Source: Fidelibacterota bacterium (lineage in GTDB: Bacteria; Fidelibacterota; Marinisomatia; SCGC-AAA003-L08; JACNLC01). Taken from it: 64,000 nucleotides of DNA. The notes under the pieces were generated by a model. The model was not told the DNA's origin. It saw nothing but the letters and a program-made list of their open reading frames with translations, and searched no databases. This document shows, one piece after another, positions 22,164-31,945 of the stretch (position 1 is the stretch's first letter; each line of letters opens with the position of its first letter). The position numbers and the translations under genes were made by a program. The stretch spans positions 6,047 through 70,046 of the forward strand of contig JAJRUW010000068.1 of the NCBI GenBank assembly GCA_024277615.1, given 5' to 3'.

Positions 22164-25039
22164 TATTCGTTGGTTTCCTTCAGAGGTTTTGTTTGTTTGT
22201 CGGAGACCGGTTCCGGTTCCGTATTCAGTGAGTCGAGGACGGCTTTCCAGAATGTGCCGCCCGAGTCTTTCAGTTCGGCAATGAGTTGCTTCCGCAGGGA
22301 GGGGCTTTGAAAGCGGATCCACTCCCTGAAAATTTTAGCGGATGAATCCATTTCCACGACATTTGAGATCAATTTCAGAGTTTCACCCCGTAAATTTATA
22401 TCGGTATGCCGCAGGATTTTCAGAAAAACCGGCATGCTCAATTTGGCTTTGGTTCTCTTGAGCCCCTGTATGAAGCTGTTTCGCACGAGCTGACTGGAAT
22501 CCGCAAAGATGATAGGCAGATAGAATTCCACATGGGCCGGGTTCAGCGTCCCGATGGCATAGGCTGTCCGCATGCGGACATGGACATGTTCATCCTGAAG
22601 CAGGGGGGAGAGCGCGGGGGTTGCATCCTGGTCGCCGATCCTGCCAAGCTGCAGAGCCGCTAATGCCCGGGTCTGCCAGTGCGGGGAGTTAGTCAGATGC
22701 GTCAATGCCGGCAGAGCTTCCCGGACTTTTTTATTTCCTGCAACCCGGGCACACATTGAGACCACCGCGCGGCGGGCTGATGCGAGAGAGTCGGTCAGTA
22801 AAGTTTTATAAGCCGTGGAATCCGGTCCTTCCAGCATTTTATTAAGCAATGCTTCCAGTGCATGCCGTTCCCGTGCGGAAGAGGTGTTCAGTCTGGTTTT
22901 CAAAAAAGGCAGCGCTTGAGCACCACGGGCGATAATTGCATCCCTTGCAGGCTGCACATTATACTGAAATTTTTGGGGCGCTGCCGAAGCTTGTATAAAA
23001 AGGCTGTCAACCGTTGAGGCCAGAGGTATTTTCAATTCATCCGGTGGCGTCAGCAGGGGGTCGGTCCTTTCGGGAAGCAGATCGGGGAACAGGTCGTAAT
23101 CGGCAAAGATGCCGAAAGTTGATTTACGGCTGACGGTATTGTTGCCTTCCTTGCTGCCATACAGGTCAATACCGGCTCCATCTGCAAAAATACCTATCAT
23201 GCCGTAATTGCGGCGGAAGTCGGAATACCCCAGCATGTTTTTCAGGTTTCTGGCAATATAGCTGTCATCTCCTTTTTCATCAATCAAAACGGAGATAGCG
23301 TTTGCATTACCGCCGCCCATTGAGAGGCTTTCGGCAGTATAATCATCGTCTCCTGCGAGATCAAACAGGCCGCCAAAGGCAATATCATGGCCGCAGCCCT
23401 GGGATACGCCGTGGGAATAATAATGATCGTTACCTTTTAAATCCAGCAGCACGGCATGGGCGAGGTGGATGCCCGCCCCCTGGGCATACTGGTAGGCCAG
23501 ATAGCGATCATCTCCCTCCCGGTCGTAAAGGCTTCCCAGACTGTACCAATAGGCCGTACCCTGCCCAAAGATATCCGTTTGATAAGTATCATTTCCCGCA
23601 TAGTCAAAAAGCATCCCGATACCTCCGGATGCCAAAGGGCGGTAACCGAGTCCGGCACCCTGAGTGAAGGCCACGAAATGTGTATCGTAGCGCAGGAAAT
23701 CCTGAAAAGGACTGGTGGTGGCATAAACATCGTTACCCGAATAGTCGGCGACGGCACCGAACCCTCTCGTGAAGCCGAAGCCCTGGGCCTGGGCGTAACT
23801 GCGGTACAGATCGCTGCCTGATTTATCCAGTAATAAGCCCAGACCAAAAGCGCCGCTGCCCTCCACACAGGTTTTTCCGGAGTAGAGATCGTTTCCGGCG
23901 GAATCCACGAGAATACCGGCTCCAAACAGACCCGAGCCGAGAGCAAAATTGCCGGCTGCGTAATAGTCGTCGCCGTTTAGATCAAAGAGCAGCGAAGCCC
24001 CGAAAAACCCGCTGCCGAAAGCAAAATCCCCGCCCAGATATCGATCATCCCCGGCCGTATCAATGATGACCCTCACAGGCTGTTTAAGCATTGCGGATTT
24101 GTCCATGTCCGGCAGCAGATAAGTATCATCCCCGCCAAAGTCAATGATGAGCAAAAAGTCGCCGGAGTGCACATCGTTTCCGGTTCCGCCAAAGCGGATA
24201 TCGCCGTAATCCGTATGTACAGTTCTGGTCTTGATCTCTTGTTTTAACCGGATTGAATCAAGCGTGGAATAGATCAGCGAAAATAAGTCCAGTGTGGGGA
24301 TCAGAATTTCATTCAGGTCAAATTTTTCTGCTGCCGAAAAAAAATCCGCCGCCGTCTTTTCACTTTCCATCTCACTTTTTTTCAAGTCCCAGATTGACAT
24401 ATCCTGGGACTCCTCGGACATGAGCAGCATAGAATCGGCCTGTGTCGTGATTCGGTGCAGCAGTGTAGAATCCACAGAGGCCAGATACTGTGATAATCTA
24501 GCGGATGTGGTCATCGAAGAGCTGATGATCTTTAGCACCGATTGCGTGGTTTCACTGGGCCTAAGAGATTTTGCCGCCAAGGCCTGTGACAACTTATTCC
24601 ATACTCCAACGGGAACCGCCTTCCAGAAAGGCAGCGCCGGCTTTTCGGTAGTCGGGATGCTGCGGGAAAGGATCTTCATGAGTGCCTGTCTGGAAATAAT
24701 CGTGTCGGTAATGGTTTCCCGCATGTAGTCCAGGAAAGCAGCGGGGTGAGCGTAGAGGCTGTCGGCAAATTGTTCGGTAAGCGGCGCAAGCCCGGCGGGG
24801 TTGTCGAAAGTATCTTTGACAATAGAAAGACGCTGCGGGTCGTCGGGCACGACATCCCAGGGCAGCCATACATCTCCCCGGGACATATTCATCTCCACCA
24901 GGGCAGAATCCATCAGCCAGAAAGCATGATCAAAGGTTCCGCCAAAACATGGTAAAACCAAAAGGTACAGTAATGTTGCTGTACAGCTGAATCTCCGGAA
25001 AGAAATGGCGGGAAGGGATTTCCGGTTACGAAAGCTCAA
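22163..25039 (-). CDS. Secreted repeat protein: about 12 D-x-x-G-(N/D)-D-x-Y beta-solenoid-like repeats plus C-terminal HEAT repeats
   Basis: It has a signal-like N-terminus (LLYLLVLPCFGG). Repeats such as DSAGNDLYSG, DKSGSDLYRS, DYSGNDVYAT, DYAGNDTYQT and DLKGNDHYYS are separated by GxGxFG stretches (aa ~284-628). The C-terminus has HEAT-like units (SPHWQTRALAALQLGRIGD, DEHVHVRMRTAYAIGTL). Confidence 0.6.
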   Translation of the reverse strand: MSFRNRKSLPAISFRRFSCTATLLYLLVLPCFGGTFDHAFWLMDSALVEMNMSRGDVWLPWDVVPDDPQRLSIVKDTFDNPAGLAPLTEQFADSLYAHPAAFLDYMRETITDTIISRQALMKILSRSIPTTEKPALPFWKAVPVGVWNKLSQALAAKSLRPSETTQSVLKIISSSMTTSARLSQYLASVDSTLLHRITTQADSMLLMSEESQDMSIWDLKKSEMESEKTAADFFSAAEKFDLNEILIPTLDLFSLIYSTLDSIRLKQEIKTRTVHTDYGDIRFGGTGNDVHSGDFLLIIDFGGDDTYLLPDMDKSAMLKQPVRVIIDTAGDDRYLGGDFAFGSGFFGASLLFDLNGDDYYAAGNFALGSGLFGAGILVDSAGNDLYSGKTCVEGSGAFGLGLLLDKSGSDLYRSYAQAQGFGFTRGFGAVADYSGNDVYATTSPFQDFLRYDTHFVAFTQGAGLGYRPLASGGIGMLFDYAGNDTYQTDIFGQGTAYWYSLGSLYDREGDDRYLAYQYAQGAGIHLAHAVLLDLKGNDHYYSHGVSQGCGHDIAFGGLFDLAGDDDYTAESLSMGGGNANAISVLIDEKGDDSYIARNLKNMLGYSDFRRNYGMIGIFADGAGIDLYGSKEGNNTVSRKSTFGIFADYDLFPDLLPERTDPLLTPPDELKIPLASTVDSLFIQASAAPQKFQYNVQPARDAIIARGAQALPFLKTRLNTSSARERHALEALLNKMLEGPDSTAYKTLLTDSLASARRAVVSMCARVAGNKKVREALPALTHLTNSPHWQTRALAALQLGRIGDQDATPALSPLLQDEHVHVRMRTAYAIGTLNPAHVEFYLPIIFADSSQLVRNSFIQGLKRTKAKLSMPVFLKILRHTDINLRGETLKLISNVVEMDSSAKIFREWIRFQSPSLRKQLIAELKDSGGTFWKAVLDSLNTEPEPVSDKQTKPLKETNE

Positions 25040-25072
25040 GGCAAACCGCTATTAAAAAAGGTTCATGAAGTA

Positions 25073-26074
25073 TTATTCTATTTCCATCCCCAGGAATGCT
25101 TTGACCTTCTGCTCAATTTCCTCTCTGATCTTGTCGTTTTCAGTAAGAAATCTTTTGGCATTTTCCCGACCCTGTCCGATTTTATTTTGTCCGTATGAGA
25201 ACCAGGAACCTGTTTTTTCAATAACATCGGCTTGCAGCGCCAGGTCCAGCAAATCCCCTTCATAAGAAATACCCGTACCATACATAATATCGAACTCTGT
25301 GGTCTTAAAGGGAGGAGCCATCTTATTCTTCACGACTCTGACGCGGGTTCTGCTCCCCACGACCCTGTCGCCTTCCTTAATCTGGCTGATCCTGCGGATA
25401 TCCAGCCGGAGGGATGAGTAGAATTTCAGGGCATTACCACCGGTAGTGGTTTCAGGATTCCCGAACATGACGCCAATTTTCATGCGCAGTTGATTGATGA
25501 ATATAACGGAAGTGTTGGATTTGGAAACAGTCCCGGTCAATTTCCGCAGCGCCTGGGACATTAAACGGGCCTGAAGTCCAACATGTTTATCACCCATCTC
25601 CCCGTCGAGTTCAGCTTTAGGGACCAGGGCAGCCACGGAGTCAATGACTATTACATCGAGGGCGCCGGTACGCACCAGCGTTTCACATATCTCGAGGGCC
25701 TGTTCGCCGGTGTCCGGCTGTGAAATGAGTAAATTTTCCGTATCGACACCCAGATTCTTGGCATAACCGGGATCCAGCGCATGTTCGGCATCGATGAAAG
25801 CGGCATAACCGCCTGTTTTTTGTGCCTGGGCTACGATGTGCAGGGTCAGCGTGGTTTTACCCGAGGATTCGGGACCGTAAATCTCGATTACTCGACCCCG
25901 GGGAACACCTCCGATCCCAATGGCTGCATCGAGAGATATGGAGCCGGTTGAGATGGCTTCGGCTTTAACTGCAACACCATCCCCCATGCGCATTATGGAA
26001 CCTTTTCCAAATTGTCTTTCAATTTGAGTTATTGCCAGATCAATAGAAGTGCTTTTCTGATTTTTTTCTGCCAT
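25073..26074 (-). CDS. recA: Recombinase RecA
   Basis: 333 aa with [12 protein letters not shown], Walker [19 protein letters not shown] and loop L2 region [20 protein letters not shown]. Confidence 0.98.
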   Translation of the reverse strand: MAEKNQKSTSIDLAITQIERQFGKGSIMRMGDGVAVKAEAISTGSISLDAAIGIGGVPRGRVIEIYGPESSGKTTLTLHIVAQAQKTGGYAAFIDAEHALDPGYAKNLGVDTENLLISQPDTGEQALEICETLVRTGALDVIVIDSVAALVPKAELDGEMGDKHVGLQARLMSQALRKLTGTVSKSNTSVIFINQLRMKIGVMFGNPETTTGGNALKFYSSLRLDIRRISQIKEGDRVVGSRTRVRVVKNKMAPPFKTTEFDIMYGTGISYEGDLLDLALQADVIEKTGSWFSYGQNKIGQGRENAKRFLTENDKIREEIEQKVKAFLGMEIE

Positions 26075-26075
26075 T

Positions 26076-26666
26076 TCATGCCTTTCTTGAGTTCTGAATT
26101 AGAGAAAATTTTTCTAAAACCGTATATTGCGGGCCGTCCTGCGTGAGAATGCTTTCATAGAGAATGAATTCGTTGATTGTGAAATTAATGGGATTGTAAA
26201 CCGTATTCAAAAACGGTGTAAAATCTATTTTATCAGGTTTTACCTTTGGTCGGACCCTTCCGATGGTAATATGCGGCTTGAAATTGTCTCTGGGGTCCGG
26301 GGGATAGGTTTCTGCCAATGCCAGAGTTATGGATTGCTGCAGCGAAATGAGCTCCGCAGCGCCCTTGCGGATGCCGAGCCACAGGATTCGTGCTTTACGT
26401 TCGTCCGGGAAAAGGCCGGTTCCCTCAATAGAGACGGGAATTCTGGGAAAAGTGCCAATCCCTCGCAGTTGTTCAGCAAGCTTCGGAATATCGTCCGTTT
26501 CGACATTCCCCAGAAATTTGAGTGTCAGGTGCAGATGAAAGCCCGAAAGCCAGCGAATTTCAGCCAGGGGTGTTTTTACTACGGAAGCGATCATGGGCAT
26601 CAGCTTGCCCACAGTTCGGGGGATATTTATTGCGACAAAAGTTCTTTTTGTATTTTCTCGGGTCAT
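26076..26666 (-). CDS. thpR: RNA 2',3'-cyclic phosphodiesterase (2H phosphoesterase, LigT/ThpR)
   Basis: It has two H-x-T-x motifs, HLHLTLKF and PHITIGR, at the expected spacing in a 196-aa protein. Confidence 0.8.
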   Translation of the reverse strand: MTRENTKRTFVAINIPRTVGKLMPMIASVVKTPLAEIRWLSGFHLHLTLKFLGNVETDDIPKLAEQLRGIGTFPRIPVSIEGTGLFPDERKARILWLGIRKGAAELISLQQSITLALAETYPPDPRDNFKPHITIGRVRPKVKPDKIDFTPFLNTVYNPINFTINEFILYESILTQDGPQYTVLEKFSLIQNSRKA

Positions 26667-27922
26667 GTGAGAATATTTCCCTCTTCCCGACTTGTTTTAT
26701 GCAGCAGGAATCGTCTGAGCTGGTCGAGGGCAGCCGTGACAGTCATCTCCCGGTGCAGCGTCCGTTCCGGAATGAGATTTAATTTTTTCACCTGCGTTTT
26801 AGAACTGTAAGCTAAGGCAATAAACACCAGCCCCACAGGTTTTTCATCGGAACCGCCTCCCGGCCCGGAGATTCCCGTCATGCTGAGGGCAAAGTCTGTG
26901 CCCGTCCGGGCTTTGCAGCCTTCTGCCATGGCCGTGGCGACAGGTGCGCTTACTGCTCCGAAACGAGACAGAAGTTCCTCCGGTACCCCCAGCAATTCAC
27001 GTTTCAGGTCATTGCTGTAACTGACCACACCTCCGAAAAAATACCGGGAACTCCCCGGAATATCCGTTAGCCGTTTTGAAAGGAGACCACCGGTACAGGA
27101 TTCAGCAACGGAAAGGGTTTTCCCGGAGCCCAGCAACATTTTCCCGACAACATTTTCCAGTGTTTCACCGTCACGGCCGAAATAATGTGTACCCAATCGT
27201 TGAATTAACCGGTTGATCAGTTTTTCTTTAACTTCGTCATTTGTCCCCGGTTTTTGCCGGATACGCAAATTGACACCCGTGTGATGAGGGAGGAAAGCAA
27301 AACCGAAACCCCGGGCGTTATTATCGAGAATATCCCGGACATCTTCCGCCAATTTGCTCTCCGGTATGCCCGTGGTTTGCAGCGTAACAATTCGTTTAAA
27401 AGTTGCTTGGGGTAAATACTCTGGGAGGATTGTTTCCAAAACCATGGCCTTCATTTCCGCAGGGACACCGGGCAGGGCAAAGACTGAACTTTTGCCATGG
27501 ACAAACCGCATGCCCAGGGCTGTACCGATACGGTTTGGGATATGCTCACAGTCGGTCAGGAGCATGGCCTGTGAACGATTTAAAGATGGAATTTTAAAAT
27601 TCCTTTTTTTGAATCTCTCCGTAAGTTGACGGTAATATTTTTCATCAAAATATTCATCCGTTTTAAAAATTGTTTTAAAAGCAGCCTTGGTAATGTCATC
27701 GCGGGTGGGGCCTAAGCCCCCCGTCACAAAGATGAATGTATATCCGGTTTTCAGTGCCTGCGAAACCGCTGATATGATCGCTTCTGTATCATCCGGGACA
27801 GTGATCCTTTGTCGGATTGAGATTCCCAGCGGCAGGAGCGTTTGTCCGAGCCAGGCGGAGTTTGTATCGATTGTAAACCCCTGCAAGAGTTCATCTCCAA
27901 TCGTGATAAGGCAGGCAGTCAT
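26663..27922 (-). CDS. cinA: CinA family protein (MoCF-like + nicotinamide-nucleotide amidase domains)
   Basis: It has LITIGDELLQGFTIDTNSAWL, TGGLGPTRDDIT and the C-terminal PncC-like SVAESCTGGLL. I chose the start at ATG 27922 (MTACLITIG), which overlaps the pgpA stop. Confidence 0.9.
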   Translation of the reverse strand: MTACLITIGDELLQGFTIDTNSAWLGQTLLPLGISIRQRITVPDDTEAIISAVSQALKTGYTFIFVTGGLGPTRDDITKAAFKTIFKTDEYFDEKYYRQLTERFKKRNFKIPSLNRSQAMLLTDCEHIPNRIGTALGMRFVHGKSSVFALPGVPAEMKAMVLETILPEYLPQATFKRIVTLQTTGIPESKLAEDVRDILDNNARGFGFAFLPHHTGVNLRIRQKPGTNDEVKEKLINRLIQRLGTHYFGRDGETLENVVGKMLLGSGKTLSVAESCTGGLLSKRLTDIPGSSRYFFGGVVSYSNDLKRELLGVPEELLSRFGAVSAPVATAMAEGCKARTGTDFALSMTGISGPGGGSDEKPVGLVFIALAYSSKTQVKKLNLIPERTLHREMTVTAALDQLRRFLLHKTSREEGNILT

Positions 27923-28362
27923 GACAGTCGAGTGAAGGCCAAAAGCAAAATCCACGAAATAAAACCGGCCAGGACATCATCTGCCATAATTCCTAAACCA
28001 CCCTCAAGACTTTGGACCCGGTTGACAATCCAGGGTTTTGAAATATCGAGAAGTCTAAAGAGTAAAAAGCCAAGTATGAAGAGCAACAACTCCTTGGGAA
28101 TGATCAGCAGGGTCAGCCACATACCGACAACCTCATCAATGACAATTCTGGCAGGATCCTTTTCATTTGTGCGTCGACTCTCCTTCCCTGAAAAAAAGAT
28201 GCCGGCCGGAAGCATGAACAGAATCAGAAACAGCTGCAAAAAAATATTTGCCGGAATAACCCACCAGATGGCGGCCGCTGCGAGACTTCCCCAGGTCCCC
28301 GGGGCCAAGGGGAGATATCCGATATAAAAAAATGTTGAAAACAGTTTTGTAAAAATAGTCAC
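27919..28362 (-). CDS. pgpA: Phosphatidylglycerophosphatase A
   Basis: 147 aa with FFYIGYLPLAPGTWGSL, IVIDEVVGMW and RLLDISKPW. Confidence 0.88.
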   Translation of the reverse strand: MTIFTKLFSTFFYIGYLPLAPGTWGSLAAAAIWWVIPANIFLQLFLILFMLPAGIFFSGKESRRTNEKDPARIVIDEVVGMWLTLLIIPKELLLFILGFLLFRLLDISKPWIVNRVQSLEGGLGIMADDVLAGFISWILLLAFTRLS

Positions 28363-28363
28363 G

Positions 28364-28951
28364 CTACTTTCTTATGAAAATAAGTTTTAAAATATTATAA
28401 TTATAGAGAAGATAATGAAACCCGGTATATGCGGTTACAGCAGTGGTGAATACCATCAGAATGTAAATAATGTGGTACTGTGTAAAATAGTTTGAAATCC
28501 GGAACCAGTGATAGCTGTTCAATACGAAATAGATGAGGATCAAATGAATGACTATCATCTGCAGAGTAGTTTTCAGTTTTCCGGCCCGACTGGTCTTCAT
28601 GGTGACTCCTTTCAGTTGCATGATCATCCGCAGAACTGTTACCACCACATCCCGGAAGGCGATTAAAAGGAGCATCCATAATTTTATTTCGCCGAAAATC
28701 CAGAAAGAGACAAAGGCTGAGAGCACCAGAAATTTATCTGCCAGCGGATCGAGAAAGACACCGACCTTGGTCACAACGCCGTATTTTCGGGCAATGCGCC
28801 CGTCGAAAGCATCTGTGATCGAGGCAATGATAAAAACGATCAGCGCAAATGTCTTACCATGTGAGATTCCTGAAAACAAAAAGTACAGGAAAAGCGGAGT
28901 TAATAAAATCCTACCGATAGTCAGCAGATTCGGGACATGTCTCTTACCCAT
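28364..28951 (-). CDS. pgsA: CDP-diacylglycerol--glycerol-3-phosphate 3-phosphatidyltransferase
   Basis: It has the CDP-alcohol phosphatidyltransferase motif DAFDGRIARKYGVVTKVGVFLDPLADK. It lies in pgsA-pgpA-cinA-recA synteny. Confidence 0.85.
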   Translation of the reverse strand: MGKRHVPNLLTIGRILLTPLFLYFLFSGISHGKTFALIVFIIASITDAFDGRIARKYGVVTKVGVFLDPLADKFLVLSAFVSFWIFGEIKLWMLLLIAFRDVVVTVLRMIMQLKGVTMKTSRAGKLKTTLQMIVIHLILIYFVLNSYHWFRISNYFTQYHIIYILMVFTTAVTAYTGFHYLLYNYNILKLIFIRK

Positions 28952-29543
28952 CAGTGACGCTAACCCTCTCTGTCAATGACCGGCTTATGGTCAGATCATC
29001 CACATATTCCAGATTGCCCCCAACGGGTAATCCTCTGGCCAGGCGGGTAACCTTTACATTTTGGTCCGCCAATAATTGTGTGAGAAAAAGAGTGGTTGTC
29101 TCGCCTTCAATACTGGCATTAATCGCCAGGATGATCTCCCTGGCCTCAGCTGCCCTCTTCACCAAATCCTGCAGATTAAGGTCGTCGGGACCGACACCGT
29201 CGAGTGGCGAAAGGACTCCGCCTATTACATGGTATAACCCCTTGAAGCCGGTGCGTTCAAAAATGAAGATATCAGCGGGTTCTTCTACCACGCAGATTGT
29301 TCCCCGGTCACGATGCGGGTCTTGGCAGATCTCACAAAGTGATCCCTCGGCGATACTGTGACAGATTTCACAAAATTGGATGTACTTGGTCAAATCCTGC
29401 AGTGCCTGAGCCATCTCCAGCACATATTCTTTTTCGGCAGTAAGGAGGAAAAATCCCAGTCTGCGGGCGGTTTTCTTACCGATTCCCGGCAGTTTCTCCA
29501 GAGACGTGATCACCCGTTCAAGGGATGGGGGAAAAGGCGTCAT
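28944..29543 (-). CDS. recR: Recombination protein RecR
   Basis: 199 aa with LPGIGKKTARRL (HhH), the zinc finger CEICHSIAEGSLCEIC and a Toprim region ICVVEEPADI. Confidence 0.95.
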   Translation of the reverse strand: MTPFPPSLERVITSLEKLPGIGKKTARRLGFFLLTAEKEYVLEMAQALQDLTKYIQFCEICHSIAEGSLCEICQDPHRDRGTICVVEEPADIFIFERTGFKGLYHVIGGVLSPLDGVGPDDLNLQDLVKRAAEAREIILAINASIEGETTTLFLTQLLADQNVKVTRLARGLPVGGNLEYVDDLTISRSLTERVSVTDG

Positions 29544-29872
29544 TACATCCCCGGAATTTTAAGATTCCCCAGCATTCCTCCAGCTGCTGCGTTCATTTTT
29601 TCCTCTGCGGCGCTGTCTGCATTTTGAAGTGCCTGATTCACTGCTACTAAGACGAGATCCTCTACCATTTCGATATCTTCTTCGAGGATCTCTTTTTCAA
29701 TTTTAATAGATATGATATCCTTTTTCCCGTTTGCCGTGACCGTGACCATACCTCCGCCGGATTGGCCTTCGACCAGCAGATCTGCCAGCTCAGCCTGTGC
29801 TTTGGCCATTTTAGCCTGCATCTGCTGAGCCTGCTTAAGCATCCCGGCCATATTTCCACTTTTTGGAAACAT
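29543..29872 (-). CDS. ybaB: Nucleoid-associated protein YbaB/EbfC
   Basis: 109 aa with MLKQAQQMQAKMAKAQAEL and GGGMVTVTANGKKDIISIKI. It lies in dnaX-ybaB-recR synteny. Confidence 0.92.
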   Translation of the reverse strand: MFPKSGNMAGMLKQAQQMQAKMAKAQAELADLLVEGQSGGGMVTVTANGKKDIISIKIEKEILEEDIEMVEDLVLVAVNQALQNADSAAEEKMNAAAGGMLGNLKIPGM

Positions 29873-29881
29873 TAATTTCTC

Positions 29882-31534
29882 CTATCTGATAATTTCACCA
29901 TTAAATTTTTCAATAATATCCGACATAAGAGGGTGGTCGCGTTCCGGTTCAACGGGTTTTACGGCACTCTGCTTTGCCAGTGTCGGATTAGATTTAAATT
30001 TTATTCTGACAGATGTTCCTAAAACATCCTTTGCAATACTTTCTATTGTGGGTTTGTCTTTTTCCAGACTGCGTACCGTGAATCCATTTTCGTTATTTAA
30101 TCGTACAGCAAGCTGCCCGCCCGTAAAGGTCAGCAATTCCGATCCCTGTAAAAAATGAGCAATTTTATAATTAACAAGCCCAAGTTTTTCCAAAACTGTA
30201 GGCCATTTTTCACAGATAAATTCCAAATTAATCGACTCGGGAGTTACTGTCTGATGCCTAAGCGAAGCAGGATCGGGCTCGGAGACATGAGTTGGTTTTC
30301 GGTTGTGGGTGGTCAGAGGCTTGCCGTTCGACTCAGGCGGTGTTTTCGCGGCGGCATCTTGAGCAGTACCGGTAACGGTTTTACTTTTTCGCTGAGGTCG
30401 GGGTGTTACGCGTCTGGTCTTGTCAGCGAGGAGCTCAGAGATCAGCACAGATGAATCCATGGCGGCTAATTTTAGAAAAAGGGCTTCCAGGGCAACCCGG
30501 GGCTGCTGTAAGAATCTCAACCGCGATTCAAATTTTAGTACGAGTTCGATCATTCTGAGCAGATCCAACCGGGAGACGGATTGACTGTTCTCCAAAAGCC
30601 AGTTAACAACGGCTCTATCTAACCGTACTTTATCCGTTTGATCGCTTAAAACGAAAAGACATTTCCGCAGAAAAGCATTAAAGCCGGTTATGAAATTAGG
30701 GATGGAATAACCTGAATCCACAACTTCGGAAATTTTGGTAAGTAAAACATTGTAATTGGAATTAATTATTGCCCCAAGCAGTTCGAGATAGAGGGGATCC
30801 TCAATTATGCCAAGTACATCCTTTACGATGGATTCCTCAATATCATTCTCACAATAAGCAATTATCTGGTCCAATAAACTAAGGGAATCGCGCATGCTTC
30901 CATCTGCCTTTGTTGCAATGAGTTCCAGTGAATTCCCATCGTAGGACAATCCTTCCCGGATAAGTATCTGTCCCAGGTAAGCAGCAATGTCATCGGTGGT
31001 TAAGCGTTTGAAATCGAATCGCTGCGTGCGGGATAAAATTGTGAGCGGGATCTTTTGGGGGTCCGTTGTTGCCATGATAAAGATTACATGGGGAGGAGGT
31101 TCCTCGAGGGTTTTCAGGAGGGCATTAAAAGCCTGATGCGTTAACATATGCACTTCATCGATGATATAAATGCGGTATTTACCGGTTGCCGGGTGGTATT
31201 TGACGGCTTCACGCAGGTCACGGATTTCATCGATGCCGCGATTCGAGGCTCCATCTATCTCCAGGACGTCGATACTTCGTCCCTCGGTTATTTCCACACA
31301 ATTTACACAGGTACCGCAGGGATTATCATCTTTATAATGCTGACAATTCAGTGATTTGGCAAGTATTCTGGCAGCGGTAGTTTTTCCGATGCCCCTTGGA
31401 CCGGTAAACAAATAACCATGGGCAACGCGATTTAACCGAATTGCATTCTGCAGGGTTCGGGTTACATGCTGTTGGCCTGTAATCCCCTCAAAGACCATGG
31501 GGCGATATTTTCTGGATAGGACCTGATAACTCAT
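29882..31534 (-). CDS. dnaX: DNA polymerase III subunit tau/gamma
   Basis: I set the start at ATG 31534 (MSYQVLSRKYRPMVFEGITGQQHV). It has Walker A GPRGIGKTT, the zinc module CGTCVNC, and IIDEVHML. The ORF-track N-terminal extension (to 31810) runs through the SRP RNA gene and is not credible. Confidence 0.93.
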   Translation of the reverse strand: MSYQVLSRKYRPMVFEGITGQQHVTRTLQNAIRLNRVAHGYLFTGPRGIGKTTAARILAKSLNCQHYKDDNPCGTCVNCVEITEGRSIDVLEIDGASNRGIDEIRDLREAVKYHPATGKYRIYIIDEVHMLTHQAFNALLKTLEEPPPHVIFIMATTDPQKIPLTILSRTQRFDFKRLTTDDIAAYLGQILIREGLSYDGNSLELIATKADGSMRDSLSLLDQIIAYCENDIEESIVKDVLGIIEDPLYLELLGAIINSNYNVLLTKISEVVDSGYSIPNFITGFNAFLRKCLFVLSDQTDKVRLDRAVVNWLLENSQSVSRLDLLRMIELVLKFESRLRFLQQPRVALEALFLKLAAMDSSVLISELLADKTRRVTPRPQRKSKTVTGTAQDAAAKTPPESNGKPLTTHNRKPTHVSEPDPASLRHQTVTPESINLEFICEKWPTVLEKLGLVNYKIAHFLQGSELLTFTGGQLAVRLNNENGFTVRSLEKDKPTIESIAKDVLGTSVRIKFKSNPTLAKQSAVKPVEPERDHPLMSDIIEKFNGEIIR

Positions 31535-31670
31535 TTTGCAACCGATTATTAAGAGACAATCAACTGAAATTACACCCAGGGTAACATAAAAACGATACCG
31601 ATACCGGGAAATATCCGGGAACCTTGTTCCCGACCGAATTTCCAAAACTTTTGTTAGTTTTATAATTGGA

Positions 31671-31945
31671 CAAATCTGTGCACCGCAGGTTGAACCCTCT
31701 GTTTGAAAGCTTTTTGATGCAGCCAGCTCAGCCCCAGATTTCTGCGGCACATGCTCAAGACAGCTACCGCTGCTTCCTTCCGGACCTGACGGGGTTCGAT
31801 GCCAGAACATTGCGCAGAGCTGAAAGCATCAACACTACTTACATCAATTGGCCAGCTCAGCAGAGCCCGCCCTGCGATTTTCGACCCTGCTTAAGCGGGT
31901 TTCAGGTTACAGGAAACCGCTAGCTTCCCATCTAGCACAGATTTG
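31671..31945 (-). ncRNA. ffs: Signal recognition particle RNA, large (Bacillus-type, Alu-domain-containing) form
   Basis: The minus strand contains GUCAGGUCCGGAAGGAAGCAGC (plus 31769..31790), the helix-8 signature. The 5' part, UGUGCUAGAUGGGAAGCUAGCGGUUUCCUGUAACCUGAAACCCGCUUAAGCAGGGUCGAAAAUC, resembles the B. subtilis scRNA Alu domain as I recall it. An 11-bp perfect closing helix joins 5' CAAAUCUGUGC (31935..31945) and 3' GCACAGAUUUG (31671..31681). The position upstream of dnaX matches Bacillus synteny. Confidence 0.85.

Noticed and set aside
31535-31810. N-terminal extensions in the ORF track. These are dnaX to 31810, the M16 peptidase to 22322, pilMN to 53291, cinA to 27955, GGR to 9699, ferredoxin to 9868, tatC from 55339, pilin 2 to 33243 and ispB from 56195.
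   Set aside because: The extensions overlap upstream genes, an RNA gene or a strong hairpin. Internal Met codons give canonical family N-termini with ATGA/TAATG-type coupling.
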